This document shows, piece after piece, positions 48,458 through 61,200 of a stretch of 64,000 nt of DNA. Under the pieces are notes generated by a model. The model was not told the origin of the DNA. It did not search any database and worked only from the letters and a program-made list of their open reading frames with translations. A program made the translations under genes and the position numbers. The stretch lies in contig CM120640.1 in NCBI GenBank assembly GCA_051362555.1, positions 32,507,967 to 32,571,966 on the forward strand, in the 5' to 3' direction. Source of the stretch: Lingula anatina (Eukaryota > Animalia > Brachiopoda). Position 1 is the first letter of the stretch; each line of letters starts with the position of its first letter.

Positions 48458-51400
48458 ATGTCAGAAAAGGGAGACATTATTAACTTAACGTTAAACCGTG
48501 ATAGCAACACATTTGTCCGAGTTCATCCCCATGGTAAGTGAAGTAAAATATTCGCCACAAGCACCAAAAAATCCACACGCAGTCAACTCTCAGTGGCTTG
48601 AACTGATCTCACTAAACACCGAAATGACACCCCAGTGTTGCTTTAAACACCAAAATAACTTTCTATTTGGATTCTGCACCCCAGATTACATTAATCGTGA
48701 ACACGATAGATGTTTAACTGCAAAGAAATGTTTTTGCAGCTCCTGAGTTATAGCAGAACTTACGTCGCAACTGCAAAAAATATTTCTCTTCTACAGATCT
48801 CGACCAGCAGATAAAGCTTAGTGTTGACTGCAAGTCAAATGTAATTTGGGATGCAGGATCCAAATGATATTTAAAATAACATTTTAGGTAGGTAGATCAC
48901 AATCCGCTAGGGGCGCTACAGTCGTAACTGTCCACGGGCAGTGAAGTGTTAAACTGAAGTCGGCCTGCTGACAGTTCGCCTATGGAACCCCTTTTTTAAA
49001 TCTCTCTTTTAGCGCTGCGTAAAAAAACTAATTCAAGCCATTAACTAAATAAGTTGTAAATCAAAGAGTAAAATCCGGTCACATGATTTTCCCATGTTGC
49101 AGTCTTTGACAAGTTTCGGTTCTGCTTGTTTTAAGTTTTGCCTCTACAAAATGCTAAAAAATTTCAGGTAAGTGCTGGTATCATCTTTTTGAAATTTATA
49201 TCCAGCAAAGTTTATGAAATTTGCTATATTATGTAGAAAAATCATGAAATTTGAAGGTTGCGAAGTATAGTTAATTTAATCCGCAATATTACATGATGTG
49301 AAAATTACCACAGGGAAATAGCTCTGCCCTGATTAGTCACAGGCTATGTGAGCCAGACAATAGGCTGAGCACACAAAGACACACAGGGTGCTCTGCTGCG
49401 CCTGAGTGATCACTGCTGGTCAGTGGGCACAGGTTTTGAGCTGAGAAGTGTGGACACTTTTGGTGGATTTTTGCAGTTAAAAAACTTCAATATCTTTGTT
49501 GCTTGTAGGAATATTTAAAAAATTCCAAATGATTTCATCCGGTTTTTGCATTACCTTTCAGATGATATAAGTATTTTAATTTTCTGATCAGTTTGAAAAT
49601 TTTTCTGATATACCTATTTTAGGTGTCATTTGTGTTATGAATGACTTGAATGGATAGAGTGGCCCTGAACCTTAAATCCACACAAAAAGACTTTAGAATG
49701 CTACATTACTCTACCATAATGCAAAAAGCCTTATCAAAATTGCTTAAGTATTTATTTATTTATTTTTTTTACTGATTTTCATAAATCTGCATCAAAACCC
49801 GATCTGCACGTGGGGTGGTGAATAAACAACAAAAAACTTCATAGATATTCTAAAGTTATTTATTTTTTATTGCACAAATGTATAGGTTAGTATTTTATAT
49901 AAAAGAAATGGGCATTTAAAGATTCAAACCACCTTAATTAACTCAAATTTGGAATGTAGTTCCCTTATACAGTATATTACTATTATTGGTTATGTCTTCA
50001 GGAGCAACTGTCATAGCATGGCAATGGAAAGGCAAAGAGTTGCTATTTGTAAGGTAAGAATTTAAAAAATCCTACAAAAAACCCTTAGAAGTTTCAGTTC
50101 ATTAGATATACTTTGCTACTGTAGATGCTTTGTGCCCCAAAGTATTGTCTGCAAAGATGACAATCTTTTTCAGTGCTCTGCATATTTTTAATAGCCTAAA
50201 GTTTATAATAATCATAATCTTTATTCCAGCAAGCAGGCTGTTTTTGACAACAAGAAGGCCATCAGAGGAGGGATTCCTGTTGTATTCCGTGAGTAAATTT
50301 TAAACAGTCAATAAATGAGTGAAAAAGAACCGTGTTTACCATTGCTGCTATGGGTAACAGGGCATGTTCCCAATGAAAGTTTCATTCTACATAGATAGAT
50401 CTGACTCCGCATTGACTCACTGAATGCAATCAGTTTAACTTAATGACATCTCTCTTTAAGCAGCTAGGGGTTGATTAATACTTTCATGTGTATTTGGTTT
50501 CACTCAAAACAAAAGGAAGAAGCTAATTCCAGAAGTGGAGCCCATGCAAAAGTTTATCATCCCCTAGCTGCCTGAGGAGGTGTGTCATTTATTCAATTTA
50601 ATTGCAATCAGCTTGAGTCAACAATTGATCTACATAGAATGGATGTTTCATTGGGAACACACCCTTATTATATATAGGTTTTAAACGTGCCCTTGATGTG
50701 CATTTCATAAAAGCAGGGATTTTTCCGACTATTTGTGGATTTCCAACTTTTTGGGAGCCAACAATATCATTGCCCCACCCCCCCACCCCCCACCCCCCAC
50801 CCCCCACCCCACCCACCCACCCCCCATGGACCCCACATCTGGTTATCAAACTTTTTCTCTTAATGGCAATCTCATCCCTGTTCACAGTTTATAATTTCAT
50901 GTTTTCTGTGTATATTCCCTACCTAAAGGTGATCAGTACATTGCTTGTTTCTGCTAAATGCATTGTTATATACCTACTGTACAGGCTCTTTGATCAATAT
51001 GTTTTAAGTTCTAGATGTTATATTTATCACTGATTATTTCAGCTAACTTTGGCCCTTGGGAACTAGGCCCACAGCATGGCTTTGCCAGAACCAGTAAATG
51101 GAAGGTAGAAAAAGAACCTGTGGCAGTAAGTAAACCAAAACTTTAAAAAATGTGCTTTTAGATTTGTTTTGTGTTGGAGCTCCAAACATTCCATTTTCAG
51201 GAATGTTTGACAAAGTAGAAAGTGGCATAAATTCACCAATTTCCTGTCTAAATACACAGATCTGACTTAAAAGTACATTCATCAGTGACATATCTGACGT
51301 TTTATCATAATCCTAATTTCAGTAAGCCTAGACATCATGTTTCATAATTATTCCTGCATTTTATGTATACTGTTGTTTTTATCAAGGATAAAGATGGAAA

Positions 51401-54400
51401 TGTGACAGCAGTGCTGAGTTTGGAAGATGATGATATAACCAGAGCATTGTGGGACTACAGGTAACAAAAATTGTTTTTCAATGGTTATTTGCAGAGTGCA
51501 GCTGGAGAATGCGAGTGCAACTAGATTGAAGGGTGTCATGATTTTAAAGTTGTAGATTATCATATAACAATGGATTATTTAGAAAATTTGACTTCAAGGA
51601 AAGAAACCTGGTATCAGGTTGAAAAGAATGATATAATATGTTTACCAGTTTCTATAATATACCTACATGTTCAAGGCCACATTGCTGGGTGATGTCCTTT
51701 TTGTGCATGTTCATCATTGAATTGAGGTGACGTCTGCAATATAAGAAGGTCAAATGCAGATTTTTTATTTTATTTGCCTCAGGTTCAAGTTGACATACAC
51801 TTTGACGCTATCTGAAGACTCATTTGGAATGAAGTTTCAAGTAGAGAACAAAGGTTAACAACATTAATTGTTCTATATATTGGTAGAAAAAAAAATATAT
51901 ATATATATACATACATAATTTATGTGTAATTTATGTATTTACTTTTTGTAGTAGTACATTGCATATTAGACTGCAGCCAGCATTTTCAAATGGGTGTGGG
52001 GGGGGGGGGGTTAGATTAAGTGGACTTTTTACCCCTTAGTTGATCCAATTTGAGCAATAACATAGAACATATATCAAATTTTGATTCAGAGAAATGGAAT
52101 TTCTTCAACCCACCCCACTGTCTGCAGACTTGCACATTCTGCATATACTTTACTGTTAAATAGAATTATGACAATATAATATTAAACTAATGTATCTCAT
52201 TTGAAGTTTCAAAAGGGACTTCCTAACTTATACTTTCGACTTGCCTGATATGACATTTAAGACCACTGGAGCTAGCACATTGGTGACTATAAGTACTAGG
52301 TTGAACACTTTACACAATGTTGCCTCATCATATTTCACAGTTGTACCTTTGTAATATGCTGCATTTTTACATTTTTCATTACAGATAATAAACCCTTTGA
52401 CTTCACCTGTTTGCTGCATACTTACTTCAGAACATCAGATGTTGTAAAGACAGATGTGCTTGGGCTTGGCAACCTGCAGTACATTGATAAGGTCAGTCTT
52501 TTATTTACAGAAATTCAATGGACCTGAGTAAAGAATAAAATCTACAGTTTACATTTGTTAGAGCATATGATAATCAGAGACAGTTGCACTCTCCTTGCAG
52601 GGATGGTTTACTATCCATTATTATGTTTCATGTGCCTGAAGAGGTTAACTCTTGACTAGCAGATCTGGAAATGATATTGGGGGGTTGGGTGAGGATGGGG
52701 GGAGGCTTAGAGCGCATTCACAGAGATTTAGATCGATCCAACTAGATCGACCTAACTCCCTGGGGGTTCACGCTAAATTGCTGTCAGCCGACCGCTCAGG
52801 GAAGTTAATTACCCCCTTACAGCTTTTAGTAGGCGGGACAGACATTTAAGCCGGCTAAGCTGACAGTAATCTAGTGAGACTTCCCACGGGGATAGTTCGA
52901 TCTAAAATCTGTGGGAATGGGGTCTTAGAGGTTCATTATTTTTTCACATTCTTTCGCTTATACCTGCATGAATGACTTGTGTATCCACCGCCAGCACCTT
53001 TTCCTGAACCATTCTTATAGGGTCAATTTTGTTTGTCATTCATACGCTGTTGACTTAATTCCTCTAATAACAATGTTTTTTGTCAACAATGGAACATTAA
53101 ATTATTTGTTAAACATTTGCTGAATAAAATTTCCCATTAAAAAGGGTTTTATTTAATAGGTAAAAGGAGGCCAAACATTCCAGCAAGTAGACGACCCAAT
53201 TATAGTGGAAGAGAATGTGGACAGGTATAGTCTAGATGACTGGTGCAAAAATTGCTCAAAAGGTGGAAAAAGCATGAAACTTGGCACAAATGTTCTTTGG
53301 ACTATGCTGATCATTTTCAAGGGCAGTGCCCAAAATTTCAAAGCGTTGCTTAGCAACCGTTGCTAAGGAAGTGATTTACCTTAGTAACAAGCTAATTGGA
53401 CCTTTCTTGTTCAGTTTAAATGATTTAAAAAGGCTTTTAATAATGTTTCAAACCATCAGAACTATCACTATACTATTTTAAGACATTAAAAACCCAAGTA
53501 AACCATTGCAACAGTTGCTAGGCAGCATATTACCCTAGCAACAAGTATTTAACATGCTGAATTAGCCCAGAAAGTTAGTGTTAAGGTTGATTTTTTGTTG
53601 AGTTCCTCTAGACAGAGGGGAGTTCAAATGTCATTAATAATATCATTGATGTAAAAAAAACAAAAACATTTTTACACCATCTTTTATGGAAAATAGTTTT
53701 TTAATTTTTTTCAATTTTTGAGTTTTGACATAATGGCTGTGATAAGATTTCATCTGGGGTTAAATTGAAATTTTCCTGAATTTCACTCAAAGAACCAATA
53801 ATGTTTGCCAAAAGGGATAAGAAGTTGCTTTTAGTATTTTTAATCCACCTTTTGTTACTACCGATTCCTGACATTTTGCCAAGAAAAACGCTCTCCACTT
53901 ACTCTTATTTTCTTCATAAAGAAGTCTCTTAAGCCATGTAAAGTTTAGGGCCTTGGAAAAATTTTTATTTGCTGTACCTTTTTCCGTCCATTTTTGTAAT
54001 CAGAGGCCATCCTTGTTCATTTTATTTTGTATCTTTTTCCATTCCTGATAAAGTTAAATATGATATGCATATTTTAAGTATTCAGGGAGGGGGGGGGGGG
54101 GGGGCTGGTAGGAGAGTTTATACATGCCCTACGTAAGATGAGAAATACTAAAGGTTTAACCACTGTTGACTTTCCTATTATTGAAAGGTTTCTCAGAGAC
54201 CAGATTTCCAAGATATTTTTCATTTTGTTCAATATTTTCTAAAAAGTTTTTTCACATTGTATTTTGTCAGTTCAGCATGGTTCTATTTTAATTCTATTTG
54301 TTAATCAATAAAGTTCAAAAGTTTCTGTTCCCACACAAAGGCCGTTAGATGCCATATCTTACTTCCACCAAGGCTGCTCTACATCAATATAAGAGTATTC

Positions 54401-54626
54401 TTGCGAGATGAACATATCTGACTCAGCACTACGGTGCCATGTCATCAGATACCATGTGCTCACTCTGGTTGGACTTGTGCAGAACAGTGGGCCTAAGTGG
54501 ACACATTTGCCAAAAGCTATTGACCTGTCCAGAGTTGCTCCAGTGTGCATGTAGGTGCAGATGTAGAGGCTGACAATGTGCAAGGGCAAAATGCACTGTA
54601 TATTGCACATACAAGGGAGAATTAAC

Positions 54627-54670
<44 letters not shown>

Positions 54671-56255
54671 ATTGCAAAGTTTTATAAAGAGTCGTAAGGT
54701 GATAAAGCATGGAAATGGCTGGTTACTAATTTTGAACATGCTGCCTTAAGTATCTGCACTGGCAATTTATTTGATCGGATGTGTGTAAACACACAATTGG
54801 TTCAACTTACTGGATTAAAAGTATGAACATCTTGCTCAAAAGTGTAGTTCTTAGCTAGTATTATAGATTTGCCTTACTTAATAGACTAACGCAACTTAAA
54901 ATGCTTGTTGCTAGGGTAATATGCTGCCTAGCAATCATGGCTAAGGTTAATTTGGGTTTTAATTGCCTTAAAATAGTCTAGTGATAGTTCTGATGCCCTG
55001 AAACATAGTTATTAGCATTTATAAACTTTTTAAACTGGACAAGAAAGGTCTAATTAGCTTGTTACTAAGGAAATTCACTTCCATAGCAACGGTTGCTAAG
55101 CAACGCTTGGAAATTTTGGGCACTGCCCTTGAAAATGATCAGCATAGACCAAAGAACAATTGTGCCAAGTTTCATGCTTTTTCCACATTTTGAGCAATTT
55201 GGCCAAAATATAGCACCAGTCATCCAGACTAGTATGTTTTCAGGGTTAATATGCATTTACCCACATGAAAAGTAAAACGCTATTCACATAAATAATGGTA
55301 CAGCGTTCTTGTTATTACAGTACATTTGAATTGTGGCCACTTGAGGTTATTGATGATTAATTATTTCACTCTTCAAAATTAAACTTTTCAAATGTTTTCC
55401 TGAAAGTATTCATCAGACATGTGTCCCCATAGCAAAATGAAAAGTTGCTGCAAACTAAATGTTTGCAAAAATTAAACTGTTCATAAAAAAAAGTTGTATT
55501 GATGCTAATTAGCAGCAAATTTGGAAGAACATCTTAAGTTTGTGGCAGGTTTGCAAGAAAGACAATATATATTCTTGCAAATTTGCAAGAAGCCCCTTGT
55601 TGGCATAAAAAGTTTGCAAGAAAGTATTTACAGCAAATTTGGGGCAAATTTGCAACGAATTTGCAAGAACATAATAATTTATCTTGCAACTTTGCAGCAA
55701 ATTTGCCAGAGAGAATTGTCCCTGTATAAAAATTGATTTTGTGATAGAAATTTATTATTTCTTAATTTCCAATACAGAATCTACCTGAATACCCCAAATG
55801 AAATTCTTATAAAAGATAAAGAAGATGGGACCACTGTGAAGCTAACAAAGGATAACTTCCCTGAAATCGGTAAAATATTATAAATGGAAATGGGAGGGAA
55901 AAGAGTTTGTGTTAAATTAGTGATAACAAGATAAAACAATTTTGAATCAGGAATCTAGTATGTCTTTTTTATTTAAAATTGAACTAATGCTTTCCGAAAA
56001 AAGGAAATCTAGTTTCACCTTTTATTTACCTTTGAAATCTTTACCTGTGACTTACACCAGCATGTCATATGTATATCTAAACCATCTTTTCCAGTGTTAT
56101 GGAACCCATGGAAAGAGAAAGCAGCAGCCATGGGAGACTTTGGGGATGATGAGTATCCAAATATGATCTGCGTGGAAGCAGGTTATGTTCACAAGCCTTA
56201 CACATTACAACCAGGCTCTGTCTTTGAGGCATCACAGACTCTGACTGTTGTGTAA
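48458..56255 (+). CDS. Glucose-6-phosphate 1-epimerase (D-hexose-6-phosphate mutarotase, aldose 1-epimerase family, YeaD/YMR099C-like), 10 exons
   Basis: Exons 48458-48533, 50002-50053, 50230-50288, 51043-51125, 51387-51460, 51783-51853, 52385-52491, 53160-53224, 55778-55869, 56095-56255. Motifs HGATVIAW, KAIRGGIPVVFPNFG, QHGFAR, LHTYF, VDRIY, VLWNPW, MICVEAG. Confidence 0.95.
52710..52924. mobile_element. PIF/Harbinger-like MITE with TTA TSD
   Basis: TTA|GAGCGCATTCACAGAGATTTAGATCGA ... TCGATCTAAAATCTGTGGGAATGGGGTC|TTA. Confidence 0.65.
53228..55231. mobile_element. 2.0 kb non-autonomous DNA transposon with ~320 bp TIRs, TAG...CTA ends and 3-bp TSD (Academ-like)
   Basis: TAGTCTAGATGACTGGTGC... 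/ ...GCACCAGTCATCCAGACTA; the mirror ORFs 53153-53356(-) and 55093-55275(+) are the two arms; TSD GTA at 53225-53227 and 55232-55234. Confidence 0.9.
54627..54667. repeat. (ATT)n microsatellite
   Basis: About 13 units inside the Academ-like element. Confidence 0.95.
55425..55712. repeat. TTTGCAAG/TTTGCAGC motif-rich segment, probably a DNA transposon subterminal fragment
   Basis: About 10 copies of TTGCA(A/G)-type motifs in both orientations. Confidence 0.5.
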
Positions 56256-56507
56256 CTGCAATACCTGAAGCAGCATCTAAGGCATTGGAATATGTTAAAG
56301 ACCAAAATTATATATATATATATTCCAGTAATGGTTCAATGAGCCACATATTTTCAGTATTATGTATACTTAACTTACCTAAGTCAGTCTTCCTAAATCT
56401 AGTTTAACTTATGCACATAAGTAAGTACAGTCGCAAGTTGATTATAAGGGGTATAGAAATTGCCTGTGATTGTTGTGTTGCCAGAGCTGGAGTCGGACTT
56501 AAATGCT

Positions 56508-56635
56508 AGTTCTAAAGGGGACATATATCATTTTGGGGAAAAAATCTAAAGTGGACTTGTAACACTTATGGGGGTAAAGTTCTAAAGTGGGTCTGTAACA
56601 CTTTTGGGGAGTTAAGTTCTAACATGGGCATGCCA
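56508..56635. repeat. ~36 bp minisatellite, 3-4 degenerate copies, downstream of the epimerase stop
   Basis: TCTAAAGTGG...GTAACACTT(A/T)TGGGG recurring. Confidence 0.7.
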
Positions 56636-58255
56636 GCTTCATTTGGAATTGTGCAATGGGAGTAGTAGAAGTGGGGTTGCTACTTATTAAAGGTTATTAA
56701 TGTTTTGGTTATTATTAATGCTAATATACACGCACACACACACACACACAACACTTTGGATGTGACATGGAGTATAGTGAGGATGAGTGGGAAACAAAAT
56801 TTTATTACTGAAGGAAATTATTTATTTATTGTGAGATGGCATTTTAAGGAATAGGTGCTTGTAAAACATACAGTTTTGCCTTTGGGCCTATTTTTGTGCA
56901 AAATAGCTGTTATTGATATACAATGTAGGCAATTAATGCAGTATATTTCATTGCATTTCTAATGCTTTTATTTCATTTCTAAGGAATGGTTTGAGCATTC
57001 ACTCTTTACTTACCAGATGTGTCTATATTTATTTTTTCATATTTATTGCCTGCCATCTGCATTACATTTGTAAACATTTCAGCTTTACCCTTTAGTTTAT
57101 ATATAACTTTTACATAAACTTCTCTGCTAGACATGTCTATAATCTGTCTAAATACATCATTATTTAAGTACCATGAACAGTTCCACCTATTGAACCCGCT
57201 GAAAGCAAAAGTCAGTAAAAAGTATTTTTTTTAATTAACAAGGTTATCTCCTTTAAAATAATATGATTATTAATTTTATTTATTTAATTTTGTTAACTGT
57301 TTTAATTACCTTTACATATGTTATTACTTATGAAAATATATTTGTTGCTATACTGTACTGACATCAAAGACATTAAACATTTCTAGGACATACTAGTACA
57401 TGTACATGCAGGTATATATTTCTGACTAATATTTTACATTCCTCTGTATCTGTGAACTGAGATATCTATATATTTTATATATAAAATATAATGTCTACAT
57501 ATAAGAAAACTAGTTTATATTATATAATTCAAAGGGCAATAAAGTATACAATATCAAATGCTGATTTGTTGGGTCACATTTTGAATGCAAATAAAAGGGA
57601 TAAAGGGAATTTAATTCATTCAAGTCTTAAAAAAAAGAAAGAAAGAAAAGAAAAAACGGGACATTTGACCCAACTCCCACCTTCAAGGATCACAGTGCAC
57701 AAATATTGCAGATATTGCCTTCAGTAACACATCAGTATAAGTAGCATCTGAACTACGTGTAACGTGACAGAGAGTCCCCCATAACAGAGAGTCCGCTTCC
57801 CATTCATTTGTACAGGTGAGACTAACCCTAACCATTATAATTAAATGGAGGGCAGACTTTCTGTTACACAGACCCTCACTCCGCTAAAATTTTGTTCCAC
57901 CGGTACCTGTACTGTACTGTACGTACTGCATGCATGTACTGTTGTTATAACGCATTAAACTTCAGTTTAAGGGGCGGGAAGTCCATGTCTTTCTTTTCAA
58001 AATCAGTTAAAGAAAAATTGCTCTAATTACAGAGGTCTTAAACAAAATTGTTGCATTCGTAAATTCCGCTAATCTCCGCCCACTTGAAAAACGCGCATGT
58101 TGTCACGTGCTTGTGTTTATACTTTTAACTTTAATTGGGTCAAGGTCGTTTTGTGGGGAAACGTTGAAAGTGTACAGAAGATTTTGGATATCGCACTGCA
58201 GTTTGGACCCTTTATATGCGATGATTCTCTGATTTCAGAGGCGCTTCCAACAGTT

Positions 58256-61200
58256 ATGTCAGCTTATGATGCAACAGTGGTGTTCGTCACTTCTTTCTTA
58301 GCAATACCGCTTTGTTATTTCAGTAACTATGCATTCAATGCAGTTCAGTCAAAGAACGAACTACTGGTGTTCGTCATCGGGGCCGTCGCAATCCTGTTGG
58401 TAATATCCATAACGTGGAGTTTGCTCAGGAAAAACAATACCGGCAAAACGAACCCTTTGTTCACTGGTAAAGAAATTATTTAAAGGAGGGACTAGAATAT
58501 AAATATTTATCCTAATGAATTTGAGATTTGATCAGCCTCTGTATAACGTAACCTCTATATATTACTATTAAGTACTTAATTGTAAATAAATGCTAGAGAG
58601 TTGACATTTGGTACACATACCGGTATATACATATATAGCAACATATCTGAGTGTGAATAAAACATGTGGATGATTAGAAATATATTATTACATAAATTTC
58701 TTTACAGTGATGAGCATTTTCACACTGGCATCAGTAGTGGACCTTATATCGGCACTCGAGTTGGATGGCATCATTGAAGGTTTCATGAGCTTTTATCTGA
58801 AGCATGGTGAACCCTACCTTAGGACTGCCCATGGTACTATCATTAACTACTGGGATGGCATTATTCACTACGGGTTGTATTTGTCCATGCTGTCTGCTAT
58901 GGCATGGAAGTAAGTATTCATGAAATGGTACCAATTCACTGTCAGTTATACTCTTAAAGAGGAATGATCAGCTTATTTGTCAAAATTTCAATACTTTTGG
59001 TCATATTTGTTAATTTCATTAATGTGATATACCATCATTCAGCAATGGAAATCATTTGATAACAGGGGTACATGTAGACTGCCCAATCATGCCATACAAC
59101 TACAAGACTTAATGTTTATATAATTATAGTTGTATAAGAATCCACATACTGTAAGGTTAGGCAAATTTTTTTACAGGGAGATTGAAACTCTGTGGCAAGA
59201 ATGTCATTTTAGAAAGCAATACAAAAGTAACATACAAAACAGCATGGATATGCAGTGTTGTGTATGCAAAAGACAGCAATTAAGAGAAAATAAATTGGAA
59301 AATATCCATTGATATATTATGTCAACTTTCAATTGTTGCTGCACTGCGCTTGCTAGTCTACCATTATTTCTGATCCAAATTTCTTCCAAATCCTAAGAAG
59401 TCTCGCTTGCATGCATTAAATATGCCAGTAAAATCAAATAACTTTGGGTTACCTTGAATAATTCCCTTGAAGATCTTGGATAACATGGGGACATTGCTGA
59501 TTGCTACCTTTACCAATAACAGTGAGAGACTTCTATTTATTTATCAGCATTAAACTTTGAAGCTAATGTCAATTATTATTACATAGTGTTGTAAAGTTAA
59601 TGACTTACACTCAAGATTCCAGAATGTCGTTGCCATCACTATAATACTATGTCTTGAGTAAGAGATAGGTGCTCATATGTTCATGAATATAAAACTCTCT
59701 GTGTGAATGCCATGTTTGAGATCATTGGTCATTCAGATATATTTTGTCATTTTTATCTGGTATAATCTACTAGATGGTTGTTTCAGTGGCAATAGTTTGG
59801 CACACAATACCTATTGACTCGGTGATTGCAACCAAGCGAGAGTAAACAATTTGGAATACTGATAAATTGTATGTTAGATACATGAACCTATATGTGCTTC
59901 TCATTCTTAGTCCTGGCTTTGGTAGTGACATCAAAATTAGCATATAAAATGGTTTCAAAAATATTAATTTATTAGTATACCACCAAGTAACTCAAAGAAA
60001 GTTGAGAAGTGTAAACCAAGAGATAATTCAACAATTTTGATAATAACTCACTAATTTCAAACAAAATTATATTTCTCAAAATAATATTTTGTTTTGAAAT
60101 GATACTTCATAATATGGACAAGGCTCCAAAAGTAAGTTTGGTTCATGTTGGAAAGAATATATTTCTTTCACCAAATGAAAATGATTAACCTGGTCAGTGT
60201 TAAGTAATAGTATGAGCCATTTGTTTCTATGCTTCTTTATCCACTACTATTCACTTTAGCTGCTGGGTATGTCACAGACAATTATAATTTATCATTGCTG
60301 GTGATGTGTTCTTCACTGACACTTTGTGCATGACATGTTGTATGTTGCAGAAAATAGGATTAATTATAAGCACCTGCTCCTTTGTTTGTTTAAACCTTGT
60401 TATTGTCTCATTTGTTTTTATTCATTATAAGTGAACCAAGTCATTCAGCCAGCATACAAGGGTAGAAATACTTTACTAAGTATGGGTAGATAAAAAATAA
60501 TTGTTCATACACTTTTATTAGGCATTAAATGTAATTAACTCATGTCATCATACAAACATATTTCAGAGAGACAAATAAATTTAAATTACTTAGTTAATTA
60601 TTATCATCATCTCTTGATGCAACTTACTCACATATATATATATATATATGTAGTCTGAAGTGCACCTTATCTGAACAGACCATTGTCATTAGATCTAAGC
60701 TACAGAGTGATTATTGTGCTTTTCTTTTGCAGTCAGGGCTACCATGAAGTTGGTCTGTACTGGGTGGGATCTATCACACAAAGCATGATTGTGCTTGTGC
60801 TGGGTGCACTAACAGGTGAGCTATAGCAAAACAGCTTTATATGATTGTGTTGATACTAGGTGCACTGGCAAGTGAGTTTGAAGTCTGCATATGATTATGG
60901 TCAGGCCCGTAGCCAAATTTTTTAATACCACCAAAAAATGCAGTCCATAATTCCACAGTTCATGTCAGATTTACGTAAAGTCACTTGAAGAAAACCCAAG
61001 GACACATACCGTAATGACCAGTTTAATGCTTTATTTGTTGACGCTCACTATGTGCACTGACAGGTGAGTTTGGAGGTTATGCTTGCGTTGGTACTATTTA
61101 GTCATACACTGACTGATGAGCTTGGAGGCCACATATGCTTGTTCTGGTACAAGGCTCACTGACAGGTGAGTTTGGAGGTATATGGTTGTGTTGGTACTAG

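Noticed and set aside
49094-49173. Alternative first exon of the epimerase (ATG...TTTCAG|GTAAGT)
   Set aside because: From ATG 49094 or 49151 the phase does not fit exon 50002, whereas 48458-48533 supplies the conserved HG of HGATV.
50766-50826. Proline-rich ORF 50698-51033
   Set aside because: It is a C-rich low-complexity tract inside an intron, probably part of a repeat fragment.
53153-55275. Two similar ORFs (MLSNALKFWALPLK / MLSNAWKFWALPLK) as duplicated genes
   Set aside because: They are the two inverted arms of one transposon.
58097-58255. 53-aa N-terminal extension of TM6SF
   Set aside because: Family similarity begins at MSAYDATVVF (58256); the upstream ATG lies in the GC-box promoter-like zone. 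Not excluded without start-site data.
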